Assembly (NCBI GenBank): GCA_963748815.1
Contig: CAVVKJ010000005.1
Coordinates: 288,001 to 352,000 of the forward strand
Source of the DNA: an uncultured Gemmatimonadales bacterium
Lineage (GTDB): Bacteria > Gemmatimonadota > Gemmatimonadetes > Gemmatimonadales > GWC2-71-9
Length of the DNA stretch: 64,000 nt
Reading direction: 5' to 3'
This document shows, piece after piece, positions 1-8,155 of this stretch. How positions within the stretch are numbered: the first letter of the stretch is position 1; the number at the start of each line of letters is the position of its first letter. A program made the position numbers and the translations under genes. The notes beneath the pieces are model-generated. The model worked only from the letters and a program-made list of their open reading frames with translations, made no database searches and was not told the origin of the DNA.

Positions 1-1146
1 GCGGTGTCGCGCTGGACTACACCTTCTTCCGGCCGAGCGTCCTCGTCGTCGGGGCGCTGGCGGCCTCCCAGGCGGGAGCGGACGACCCGACGGTCACCGA
101 GGTGAGCGGCGGCGTGAAATGGCAGTGGACCCCCGGCATGGCCGTCCAGGCGGGTGCAGGGCGGCGGCTGAGCGCGAGCGGTCCCGATCTGCGGCTGACG
201 TTCGGCGTCTCGAGCACCTTCGGGTTCCGTCGCCTGGTGCCGGTGCGCCCCCCGTCCGGGCCGGCGCGCGTGCGCGGCCGAGCCGAGCAGTACTACGCCC
301 CCGGTTCGTTCAATTGGACCTTCCGGCGGGCGTATCCCGATGCCGCGCGGCTCTTCAACGCCTTCGACTACGGGCACGCCATCCTGTACGAGCGACTCAC
401 TACCGATCCCGACGGCGATCCGGCGTGGCTCGAGGTCGGGAAGTTCGACTACCTCACCACCGACCTGCTGGTCCGCGCCACCGCGACTGCCGATCGCGGA
501 GGAAGCGATCTTCCCGGCGTACGCCGCCCGCTACTGGCCGGCGGCGCTCGCCTTCGACTGGGCGCACCAGCTGCACCGGCAGGTGTACGACGCGTTGAGC
601 GACGAACGGCTGACGCCGGAAGCGCGCGACTCACTCGTCGAGCGGCTGACCGACTACTACCTGTCGCGGCGCGACCTTGCGTTCGCTCCCGTGCCGAAGA
701 GCATGGCGCTCATGCTCGGACAGCCCTATTCCGAGGCGTTTCACCATGCCTTCCCGAAGTTCAACGGGCTGATCTGGGCGTATCACTGGCTGCAGGTCGG
801 CCTGTATGAACCGCTGATGGTCGAGGAGACCCCGGGGGCGCGCCGAGCCGGCATCAACGCCGCGCTCGCCCGCTTTCACGCGATGATCCCGGACAATTTC
901 CCGGCCATCATGCCGATGACGCCGATGGTGGCACCCACCTTCACGGCCCGGCATCCGCGCGCCGCCGCCATCTTCGACAACCTGCACAGCCTGCACGACA
1001 TCATCTCCGACATCCTGCTCTCGGACGCGGTGGCCCCCGACAACAAGCGGGCCGCCATCGAGGCGGCCCTGCAGGAGTTCCGGGACGAAACCCGAAACGT
1101 GATGTCGGACGAGGCGTGGCGGGGGATTCCCGGGCACGCGCACTGA
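1..1146 (+). CDS. 5'-truncated protein: C-terminal part of a putative beta-barrel fused to a His-rich helical domain; frameshift near 478
   Basis: Open frame from base 3 (GVALDYTFFRPS...VKWQWTPGMAVQAGAG...LTFGVSSTF) runs into FNAFDYGHAILYE. It continues in ORF 340..1146 (PPRLPIAEEAIFP...FDWAHQLH...IWAYHWLQ...FDNLHSLHD). Confidence 0.6.
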
Positions 1147-1147
1147 G

Positions 1148-1873
1148 TCAGCCGCTGGCCATCGCCCCGAGGACGCTCGGCAGCGCGCCGATGATCCAGA
1201 CGATCGCGGCGCCGACCAGCGCCTTGCTCATCGGGATCTTCCCGACGACGCGGAGACCGACCGCGACGAGGAAAGTGATCCAGAGGGTGAAGAGGTCCAC
1301 GCGCAGGAGCATCGCCATCAGCATCGTGGAGGCGGTGTCCGGGTCCAACGGCCGCGCCAGTCCGAGAGAGGTCGAGGCCCGACCCGTCAGCGACTCCTCC
1401 GGGAGGAGAAGCACCTGCGCGCCCGAGACCAGCAGTTCGAGGATTCGCGGAAAATAGCTGTAGGTGGCGATCATCATCGCGGCCCCGAGCGAGACCGCCG
1501 CGCCGACGATCTTGCCGGCGACCCAGGTGGTGAGCCCGAGCAGCAGGACGATGAACGGCACCATGACGAAGACCCCGACCGAGGCAAACTTCTCGGAGGT
1601 CGCACGCATGCTGGTGGCCATCTCCTCGGTCATCTGGGGGTTCTTGGCCAGGGTCTTCGCGATGTTGCGCGAGATCTCGGCGTCCATCATGGGCTGAAAC
1701 GCGCCCTTCAATCCCATGTAGATCGCCACGAACAGCACGATGAGGACGAGGAAGGGAACGAGGAACCCGGCATCCTTGCGGCGCTCGAACACGGCGGACG
1801 GCTTGATGAAGATCTCGAGGAAGTCTTCCCAGAGGGCGGCGCGTTCAGGGGTCGGTGCGGCGGGAGCGGTCAT
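1148..1873 (-). CDS. YIP1 family membrane protein
   Basis: MTAPAAPTPERAALWEDFLEIFIKPSAVFE start with several hydrophobic helices; ATG overlaps the cutA stop (ATGA). Confidence 0.75.
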   Translation of the reverse strand: MTAPAAPTPERAALWEDFLEIFIKPSAVFERRKDAGFLVPFLVLIVLFVAIYMGLKGAFQPMMDAEISRNIAKTLAKNPQMTEEMATSMRATSEKFASVGVFVMVPFIVLLLGLTTWVAGKIVGAAVSLGAAMMIATYSYFPRILELLVSGAQVLLLPEESLTGRASTSLGLARPLDPDTASTMLMAMLLRVDLFTLWITFLVAVGLRVVGKIPMSKALVGAAIVWIIGALPSVLGAMASG

Positions 1874-2211
1874 GTCGATCCTCCGATTGAGGACGCCGTT
1901 TCGGCGCGAATCCAGGCAAGGTAGTCGGCGCTGCCGGCGGCGATGGCGGTGGCGATGATCTCGGGGTTGTCGTAGCTGTGCGCCGTGCGAACGTGCTGGT
2001 CCAGTTCGGGGTAACGCGCCCGCGTGGTCTTCAGGATGCAGAGCCACTCCTCCGCGGTCCGCACCCGGCCGTCCCATCGAAAGGTGGATTGCATCGGGCC
2101 CACCACCTGTCCGCAGGCGGCGAGTCGCCGCTCCACCGCACTCCTCGTGATCCGGTCCGCCTCCTCACGGGAGGAGGCGGCCACCGTCACCTGGAGGCAG
2201 TCGTCGATCAC
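1870..2211 (-). CDS. cutA: divalent-cation tolerance protein CutA
   Basis: VERRLAACGQVVGPMQSTFRWDG...EEWLCILKT...HSYDNPEIIA...YLAWI motifs. Confidence 0.92.
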   Translation of the reverse strand: MIDDCLQVTVAASSREEADRITRSAVERRLAACGQVVGPMQSTFRWDGRVRTAEEWLCILKTTRARYPELDQHVRTAHSYDNPEIIATAIAAGSADYLAWIRAETASSIGGST

Positions 2212-2603
2212 GAGGCCGGCGCGGCCGCCGGGATGCCGGGAGTCTCGTGGCCGCGCCGCCCATCGGCGATCGGATCGACCGCGGTGCGCCAGCCGCTCCG
2301 GAACTGCAGGGTCAGACGGTGGCCCAGGCTGTCCACCGTCACGTTGACGATGTCGGGCATGGTCCGGGCGTAGGCGGCACCGGCCGTCGCCTGCGCCCCG
2401 AAGTCTGCCGGCGTGTCGCCCTGATAGGCGAAGCCGAACTCACGCGCCACGGCCACCGCCTGCGCCTGTTCCGTCCCGTAGCGGGCAAACTGGTCGGGCG
2501 GAATCAGCCCCTTCTGGGAGACCACCGGGGAGTAGCTGTCGTAGCTCGGGCAGCCGGCCAGGGCCAGCACGAGCAGCGGGAGGGCGAAAAGGCGTCGCAT
2601 CAA
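2208..2603 (-). CDS. hypothetical lipoprotein
   Basis: Signal peptide with lipobox LAGC; stop overlaps the cutA start. Confidence 0.7.
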   Translation of the reverse strand: MMRRLFALPLLVLALAGCPSYDSYSPVVSQKGLIPPDQFARYGTEQAQAVAVAREFGFAYQGDTPADFGAQATAGAAYARTMPDIVNVTVDSLGHRLTLQFRSGWRTAVDPIADGRRGHETPGIPAAAPAS

Positions 2604-2679
2604 GGGCGTCCTGGGGTCTGGGCGGTCCGCGTAAGCGCCCGGGCCGTTCCAGCCGGGGCGAATCCAACTACCTTAAATA

Positions 2680-3442
2680 ATGCCAATTGCGTGTTCTCCC
2701 AAGGGGCGGACGCTCGCCCTGCTCCTTGGGCTGGTGGTCACGGGCGCACCACCCCCCAGCCTCCGCGCCCAGGACGCGCAGCCTCCCCATCAGATCAAGT
2801 GGTACGAGCCGGTGGCCGTCGCCGCCGGCGTCTCCCTCTTCTTCCTGGTGGACAATCCCGTCCGGAGCTACATGCTCGACAACCAGACGGCGAGCAAGGA
2901 CGATGTGGCGAGCGCCTTCAAGAAGCTCGGGCGAGCCGGAGGTCTGGGCCCTGGTGCCGGCGGTGATGGTCGGGACCGGCCTCGCCCTCAAGAAGCCGGG
3001 GCTGGCTCGGTCCGGGCTCCGCGCCGTCACCTCCGCGGCGCTGGCAGGGGGCGTCACCGCCATCCTGAAGGTTACCTTCGGCCGGGAACGGCCGATCGAG
3101 GCGAGCGCGGAACCGCTGGACTTCGAGCCGTTTTCCTTGTCGACCGACGACGCCTCCATGCCCTCCGGACACACGGCCACGGCGTTCGGCCTCATGGCGA
3201 GTCTGGCCGAGGACGTCCATCCGCTCTGGGCCAAGATCGGTCTCTACACCCTGGCGACGGGCACCGCCTGGTCCCGGGTCTACAACAATCAGCACTGGAC
3301 CAGCGACGTCATTGCCGGCGCCATCGTCGGCATCACCTCGGCCAAGCTCGTCAGCGGGAAGTGGCAGGTCTGGGGAATCCGACCGCCGTCGATCTTCACC
3401 GACGGCCACCAGGTGACGGTCAGCTGGCAGGGCACATTCTAG
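2680..3442 (+). CDS. PAP2 family phosphatase (frameshift near 2930)
   Basis: N-terminus in ORF 2680, C-terminus in ORF 2687..3442 with PAP2 motifs KVTFGRERP, SMPSGHT, SRVYNNQHWTSDV. Confidence 0.85.
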
Positions 3443-3453
3443 GAGCTTCGCAC

Positions 3454-4434
3454 GTGCGTTCAACCCTCACGAGGCGGGCCGTGATGGCCGCCGCCCTCCT
3501 CATCCTCGGAGTTCCCGTGCGAGCGCCGGCACAGGACGTCCCCCTGCAGGGCGACCTGGTCGTCTTCAACGCCGGCAGCCTCGGCCTCCCGTTCCGGAAT
3601 CTCCTCAAGGCCTTCAAGCAGGCGAATCCGGAGGTCCGAACCTCCCAGGAATCGGCCGGCAGCCTGGAGTCCGCCAGGAAAATCACGGACCTGGGCAAGA
3701 CCCCGGACATCCTGGCGGTGGCCGACTACGCCATCATCCCCAAGCTGCTCATCCCCGGGCACACCGAGTGGTACGCCACGATTGCCACCAACTCGCTGGT
3801 CCTCGCGTTTCGGGACGAATCGCAGGGGGCGTTCGACATCGACACCCAGAATTGGTACCGGGTGCTGCTGCGCTCCGGCATCCGCACCGGGCGATCGGAT
3901 CCGGCGCTCGATCCGGCGGGATACCGGACGCTGATGGTGTGGCAGCTCGCGGAGCGGTTCTACCGGCAGCCGACACTGGCCCGCCTGCTCCAGAACGCCA
4001 GTCCGCCGCGCTACATGCGGCCGAAGGAGGCCGACCTCACGGCGCTCCTCCAGCTGGGGGAACTCGACTACATCTGGACCTACGCCTCGATCGCTCGGAT
4101 CAATGGGTTCCGCTGGGTGGACCTCCCACCGGAGATCAACCTGAGCGACCCCTCGCAGGCCGCGACCTACGCGGAGGCGCGGGTGGCGCTTCCCGGCGCC
4201 GCGAAAGGGGCGAAGGACAGCGTGGAATTCCGCGGCGAGCCCATCGTGTATGCGCTCACCATCCCGCGGAACGCGCCGCATCCCAAGATCGCCGAGGCGT
4301 TCGTGCGCTTTCTTTTTTCGCAGGACGGGCAGCGGATTCTGGCGGAGGCGGGGCTGCAGCCGGCGGTGCCTCCCGCGCTCGGCGGGCCGGGCCAGCCGCC
4401 GTTATCTTTGCGGGGACTTTTTCCCCATGAGTGA
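3454..4434 (+). CDS. tungstate/molybdate ABC transporter substrate-binding protein (WtpA/ModA-like)
   Basis: AGGAG RBS at 3441, GTG start, signal peptide; VFNAGSL, ESAGSLESARKITDLG, SDPALDPAGYRTLMVWQLAE, MRPKEADL, GEPIVYALTIP motifs. Confidence 0.85.
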   Translation: MRSTLTRRAVMAAALLILGVPVRAPAQDVPLQGDLVVFNAGSLGLPFRNLLKAFKQANPEVRTSQESAGSLESARKITDLGKTPDILAVADYAIIPKLLIPGHTEWYATIATNSLVLAFRDESQGAFDIDTQNWYRVLLRSGIRTGRSDPALDPAGYRTLMVWQLAERFYRQPTLARLLQNASPPRYMRPKEADLTALLQLGELDYIWTYASIARINGFRWVDLPPEINLSDPSQAATYAEARVALPGAAKGAKDSVEFRGEPIVYALTIPRNAPHPKIAEAFVRFLFSQDGQRILAEAGLQPAVPPALGGPGQPPLSLRGLFPHE

Positions 4435-4440
4435 GCCGAT

Positions 4441-6066
4441 ATGAGCGCCTACCGCACCCCTGCCCCCCGCAACGAACCGGTCCTCAATTACGCCCCGGGA
4501 TCCCCCGAGCGGGCGGCGCTGAAGGCGGCGCTGGCCCGGATGTCGGGCGAGACGATCGAGATTCCCGTCGTGATCGGCGGGCAGGAGTTCCGGACCGGGC
4601 GGACCATCGACGTCGTGTCGCCGCACCAGCACAGTCGCGTCCTCGCCAAGGCCCACCTGGCCGATCCGGCGCTCATCACCAAGGCGGTCGACAACGCCAC
4701 GGCCGCGCAGCGGGAATGGGCGGCCCTGCCCTTTGTCGACCGGGCGGCGGTCTTCCTCAAGGCGGCCGACCTGCTGGCGGGTCCCTGGCGCCAGGTCGTC
4801 AACGCCGCCACGATGCTCGGCCAGAGCAAGACGGCGTACCAGGCGGAAATCGACAGCGCCTGTGAACTGATCGACTTCCTGCGCTTCAACGTGCACTTCG
4901 CCGAGCGGCTCTACGAAGAGCAGCCGGTCTCCTCGCCCGGTATCTGGAACCGGATGGATCACCGGCCGCTCGAGGGGTTCGTCTACGCGATCACGCCGTT
5001 CAACTTCACGGCCATCGGCGGCAACCTGCCGACGACGCCCGCCATTCTCGGCAACGTCGCGATCTGGAAGCCGGCGGCGTCGGCGCTCCTCAGCAACTGG
5101 TACGTCTACAAGCTGCTGGAGGCGGCGGGGCTTCCGCCGGGGGTCATCAACTTCGTCCCCGGCAGCGCTGCGCAGGTGTCCGACCTGCTGCTGGCCGACC
5201 GGCGGCTCGCCGGCATTCACTTCACCGGTTCGACCGAGGTCTTCCAGACGCTCTGGCGGACGGTGGGCGCCAACCTCCCGAACTACGCCTCCTACCCGCG
5301 GCTGGTCGGGGAAACGGGCGGCAAGGACTTTGTGGTGGCGCACGCCAGCGCCGACGTCGACGCACTGGCGGTGGCGCTGGTCCGGGGGGCCTTCGAGTAC
5401 CAGGGCCAGAAGTGCAGCGCGGCCTCCCGGGCCTACGTGCCGGACAACCTCTGGCCCGCAGTGCGGGAACGGGTCGTGGCGATGATGGCCGACATCAGGA
5501 TGGGCGACGTCGCCGACTTCCGGAATTTCGTCGGCGCCGTCATCGACCGGAAGGCCTACACCAGCATTTCCGAGTACATCGCGACCGCCAGGAAAGCGAA
5601 GGGCGTCGAGGTCGTGGCGGGCGGCTCGTGTGATGACTCGGTGGGCTACTTCATCGAGCCGACGCTGCTCCGTGCCGACGATCCGAAGTACCGCACGATG
5701 TGCGAGGAGATCTTCGGCCCGGTGCTGACGCTGCACGTCTACCCCGCGGCCCAGTGGGAGGAAACACTCGCGCTGGTGGACAGCACGAGCCCCTACGCCC
5801 TGACCGGGTCGGTCTTTGCCCGGGACCGCCGGGTGCTCGCGCAGGCCTCGGAGGCGCTCCGAAACGCCGCCGGCAACTTTTACCTGAACGACAAGCCGAC
5901 CGGCGCCGTGGTGGGGCAGCAGCCCTTCGGTGGCGCGCGCGCCAGCGGCACCAACGACAAGGCGGGGTCGATCCTGAACCTGATGCGGTGGATCTCGCCG
6001 CGGACGATCAAGGAGACATTTGATCCACCGACGAAGTACCGGTATCCGTTCATGGATGCGGAGTAG
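4441..6066 (+). CDS. pruA: L-glutamate gamma-semialdehyde (P5C) dehydrogenase
   Basis: NEPVLNYAPGSPER start; EIDSACELIDFLRFN, FTGST, GETGGKDF, FEYQGQKCSA, NDKPTGAVVGQQPFGG. Confidence 0.95.
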   Translation: MSAYRTPAPRNEPVLNYAPGSPERAALKAALARMSGETIEIPVVIGGQEFRTGRTIDVVSPHQHSRVLAKAHLADPALITKAVDNATAAQREWAALPFVDRAAVFLKAADLLAGPWRQVVNAATMLGQSKTAYQAEIDSACELIDFLRFNVHFAERLYEEQPVSSPGIWNRMDHRPLEGFVYAITPFNFTAIGGNLPTTPAILGNVAIWKPAASALLSNWYVYKLLEAAGLPPGVINFVPGSAAQVSDLLLADRRLAGIHFTGSTEVFQTLWRTVGANLPNYASYPRLVGETGGKDFVVAHASADVDALAVALVRGAFEYQGQKCSAASRAYVPDNLWPAVRERVVAMMADIRMGDVADFRNFVGAVIDRKAYTSISEYIATARKAKGVEVVAGGSCDDSVGYFIEPTLLRADDPKYRTMCEEIFGPVLTLHVYPAAQWEETLALVDSTSPYALTGSVFARDRRVLAQASEALRNAAGNFYLNDKPTGAVVGQQPFGGARASGTNDKAGSILNLMRWISPRTIKETFDPPTKYRYPFMDAE

Positions 6067-6098
6067 GCGGGGACGCGGGAAAGCGGGGAAGCGGGGAA
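6067..6098 (+). repeat. G-rich octamer tandem repeat (GCGGGGAA-like x4)
   Basis: GCGGGGAC GCGGGAAA GCGGGGAA GCGGGGAA directly after the pruA stop. Confidence 0.7.
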
Positions 6099-6107
6099 GG
6101 AGGTCGG

Positions 6108-6911
6108 ATGGCCACGACAATCCTGGGGGTAGGTGCGCACGGCAGTGCGCTCCTGCCCCAGTTCGTTGTTGCACTGCTGGTCGCGGTGCCGTTTCCCGCC
6201 GCCGCGCAGGCCCCCGCGTACACCGCGGCGACCATCGGCTGCGCGCGATTCGCCGAATCGGTGCGCGGCGAACTCGAGTCCATGGTCGGGTCGGTGCGCC
6301 GGACCGAGACGCTCGGCCGGGACGGGGTCCTGGCCATGCGCGCCGCGGAGGACAGCTCGGGACTCACCGTGGAGTCGTGGTACGAGACGCTCGCGGTCTA
6401 CCGGGAGGGGTCGGAGGGCCGGTTCGCTCCCGGCGCGGAAGGGATTCTCGGGGGGCGGTACCTCGGCACCCTCGACCCGCAGGGGGACTACCTGTCGAGC
6501 GTCACCCCTTTCGTGCCGGTCGCGCTCCGCGACATCTTTGACTTTGGCCGGATCCTGCTCCACTTCTTTCCGCCGCTGCCCCCGCGCCCGCTCGCGCCCG
6601 GCGGCGAGTGGACGGACGGGGCGGAGCTGACGATCTGGCGGCTGGCCGACAGCGCGGGGGGTGGCGGACCCGTCGAGCGCTACCGGTGGATTCGCCGCGC
6701 ATCCTGGGAGGAAGGCGTCGGCGTGGGGGACTCCACTCTCGTGGTCCACCGCACCGAGACGGAGCAGGGAAGTGTGCAGTGGCGGGCGGGTGAGGGCCCG
6801 CTCGGCTGGAGCAGCAGCACGATCGCGAAGGTGGAGTTGACCAACGGCGCGGGCCGGAGTGCGCTGACGCAGGATGTGCGGGTGCGGCGGGAAGCGGACA
6901 CCTGCCGGTAG
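6108..6911 (+). CDS. hypothetical exported protein
   Basis: GGAGG RBS, signal peptide ending AAA|QAP, beta-rich mature part. Confidence 0.65.
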   Translation: MATTILGVGAHGSALLPQFVVALLVAVPFPAAAQAPAYTAATIGCARFAESVRGELESMVGSVRRTETLGRDGVLAMRAAEDSSGLTVESWYETLAVYREGSEGRFAPGAEGILGGRYLGTLDPQGDYLSSVTPFVPVALRDIFDFGRILLHFFPPLPPRPLAPGGEWTDGAELTIWRLADSAGGGGPVERYRWIRRASWEEGVGVGDSTLVVHRTETEQGSVQWRAGEGPLGWSSSTIAKVELTNGAGRSALTQDVRVRREADTCR

Positions 6912-7014
6912 CCACGTGCGCGATGCGATGCAGGCGTTTTCCCGACGCGGATTCTCTTGCGTGGAATTCGAGTCCATCCTAATTTGGTGCAACCTGCCTC
7001 CGGAGGCACCGCCG

Positions 7015-8133
7015 ATGTCGGAAAGCTTTCTAAGCTCCGACGAATACGACGAGAACGCCCATTCCCTCTATAACGAAGGCCGGTACGACGAAGCGCTGGA
7101 TCTGCTCCGCGTCGGGGTGACGCTCTATCCGCACGCGGTGGAGCTGCACGTGGGCATGGCCTACGCCTACCTCGCCCGCGAAGAATACGCCTGGTCGCGC
7201 CGAAGTTTCGACCGTGCGCTCTCGCGCGACCCCGACCACGAAGACGCCCTCGCCGGACTCGGCGAAACCCTCCTCAAGATCGGCGACCGCGGCGGCGCCC
7301 TCGCCGCCTTCGAGCGCGTCGTCGCGCTCGGCTTCCGAGACGATCACGAGCTCATGCTGCAGCTCGGGCGCGCCCTCTTTCGCGAGGGACTGCTCGCCCA
7401 GGCCCACCGCTTCTTCGAGTTTGCCGTCTCCGCCCATCCCGATTCGCCGGAAGCCGCCGCCTGCGTCGGCTACGCGTCGCACCGGCTCGGGAACGAGAGC
7501 GGCGCGCTCTACTGGTTGCGGCGCGCCCTCGAAATCGACCCCACGTACGCCGAAGCGCGGGTCTACCTCGCCAACCTCCTCTACGACCGGGGGGAATCGG
7601 AGGCGGCGCTGCACCATCTGGAGCGGACCCAGCCCGAGGAGCATTTCGACGAGCTGGCGCTCTGGCGCTACATCGAGCTGAAGAAGTCGCTCTTCCGGCT
7701 GCCCGACGACGACCCCGAGCTGGTGCCGTGGCTGGCGCGGCTGGGCGAGGTGGCCGCCGAGCCGGACAGCATCGACATGCTGCTCGCGGAGATGGAGGCG
7801 CTCCTTCCCGACGGCACCCTCCGCGATCCGAACCAGCTGGAACTCTTCGGCACGCTTCTCACCGAGCTGCAGGCGATGCAGAAGCGGCCCAACGTCGGGG
7901 AGTCGCACCTGGTGGCGACCCTCTCGGGGCACCTCTTCAACGGCACGTGGGAGGAGATTCTCCTCCAGATGAAGGCCGCCGACCAGGACGGCTCGTCGGC
8001 GTCGCTGGTGGAGTTCATGGCGGGCCTGGCCCGCCGCGGGCAGGCGGAAACCGGCATCGTCATTCCGGTCACCGACGCCGAGGCGTTCATTCGCGGCAGT
8101 TCCGAAGCCGGGGTCCTGCGCATCATCCAATAG
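7015..8133 (+). CDS. tetratricopeptide repeat protein
   Basis: GGAGG RBS before MSESFLSSDEY; repeated TPR patterns (ALSRDPDHEDALAGLG, ALEIDPTYAEARVYLA). Confidence 0.85.
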   Translation: MSESFLSSDEYDENAHSLYNEGRYDEALDLLRVGVTLYPHAVELHVGMAYAYLAREEYAWSRRSFDRALSRDPDHEDALAGLGETLLKIGDRGGALAAFERVVALGFRDDHELMLQLGRALFREGLLAQAHRFFEFAVSAHPDSPEAAACVGYASHRLGNESGALYWLRRALEIDPTYAEARVYLANLLYDRGESEAALHHLERTQPEEHFDELALWRYIELKKSLFRLPDDDPELVPWLARLGEVAAEPDSIDMLLAEMEALLPDGTLRDPNQLELFGTLLTELQAMQKRPNVGESHLVATLSGHLFNGTWEEILLQMKAADQDGSSASLVEFMAGLARRGQAETGIVIPVTDAEAFIRGSSEAGVLRIIQ

Positions 8134-8155
8134 CATCCCTCCGTTACCTTTCGGC

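Noticed and set aside
2680..4434. 584-aa ORF suggesting a fusion to the tungstate-binding protein
   Set aside because: A frameshift in the PAP2 gene runs into the WtpA frame; WtpA has its own RBS, GTG start and signal peptide at 3454.
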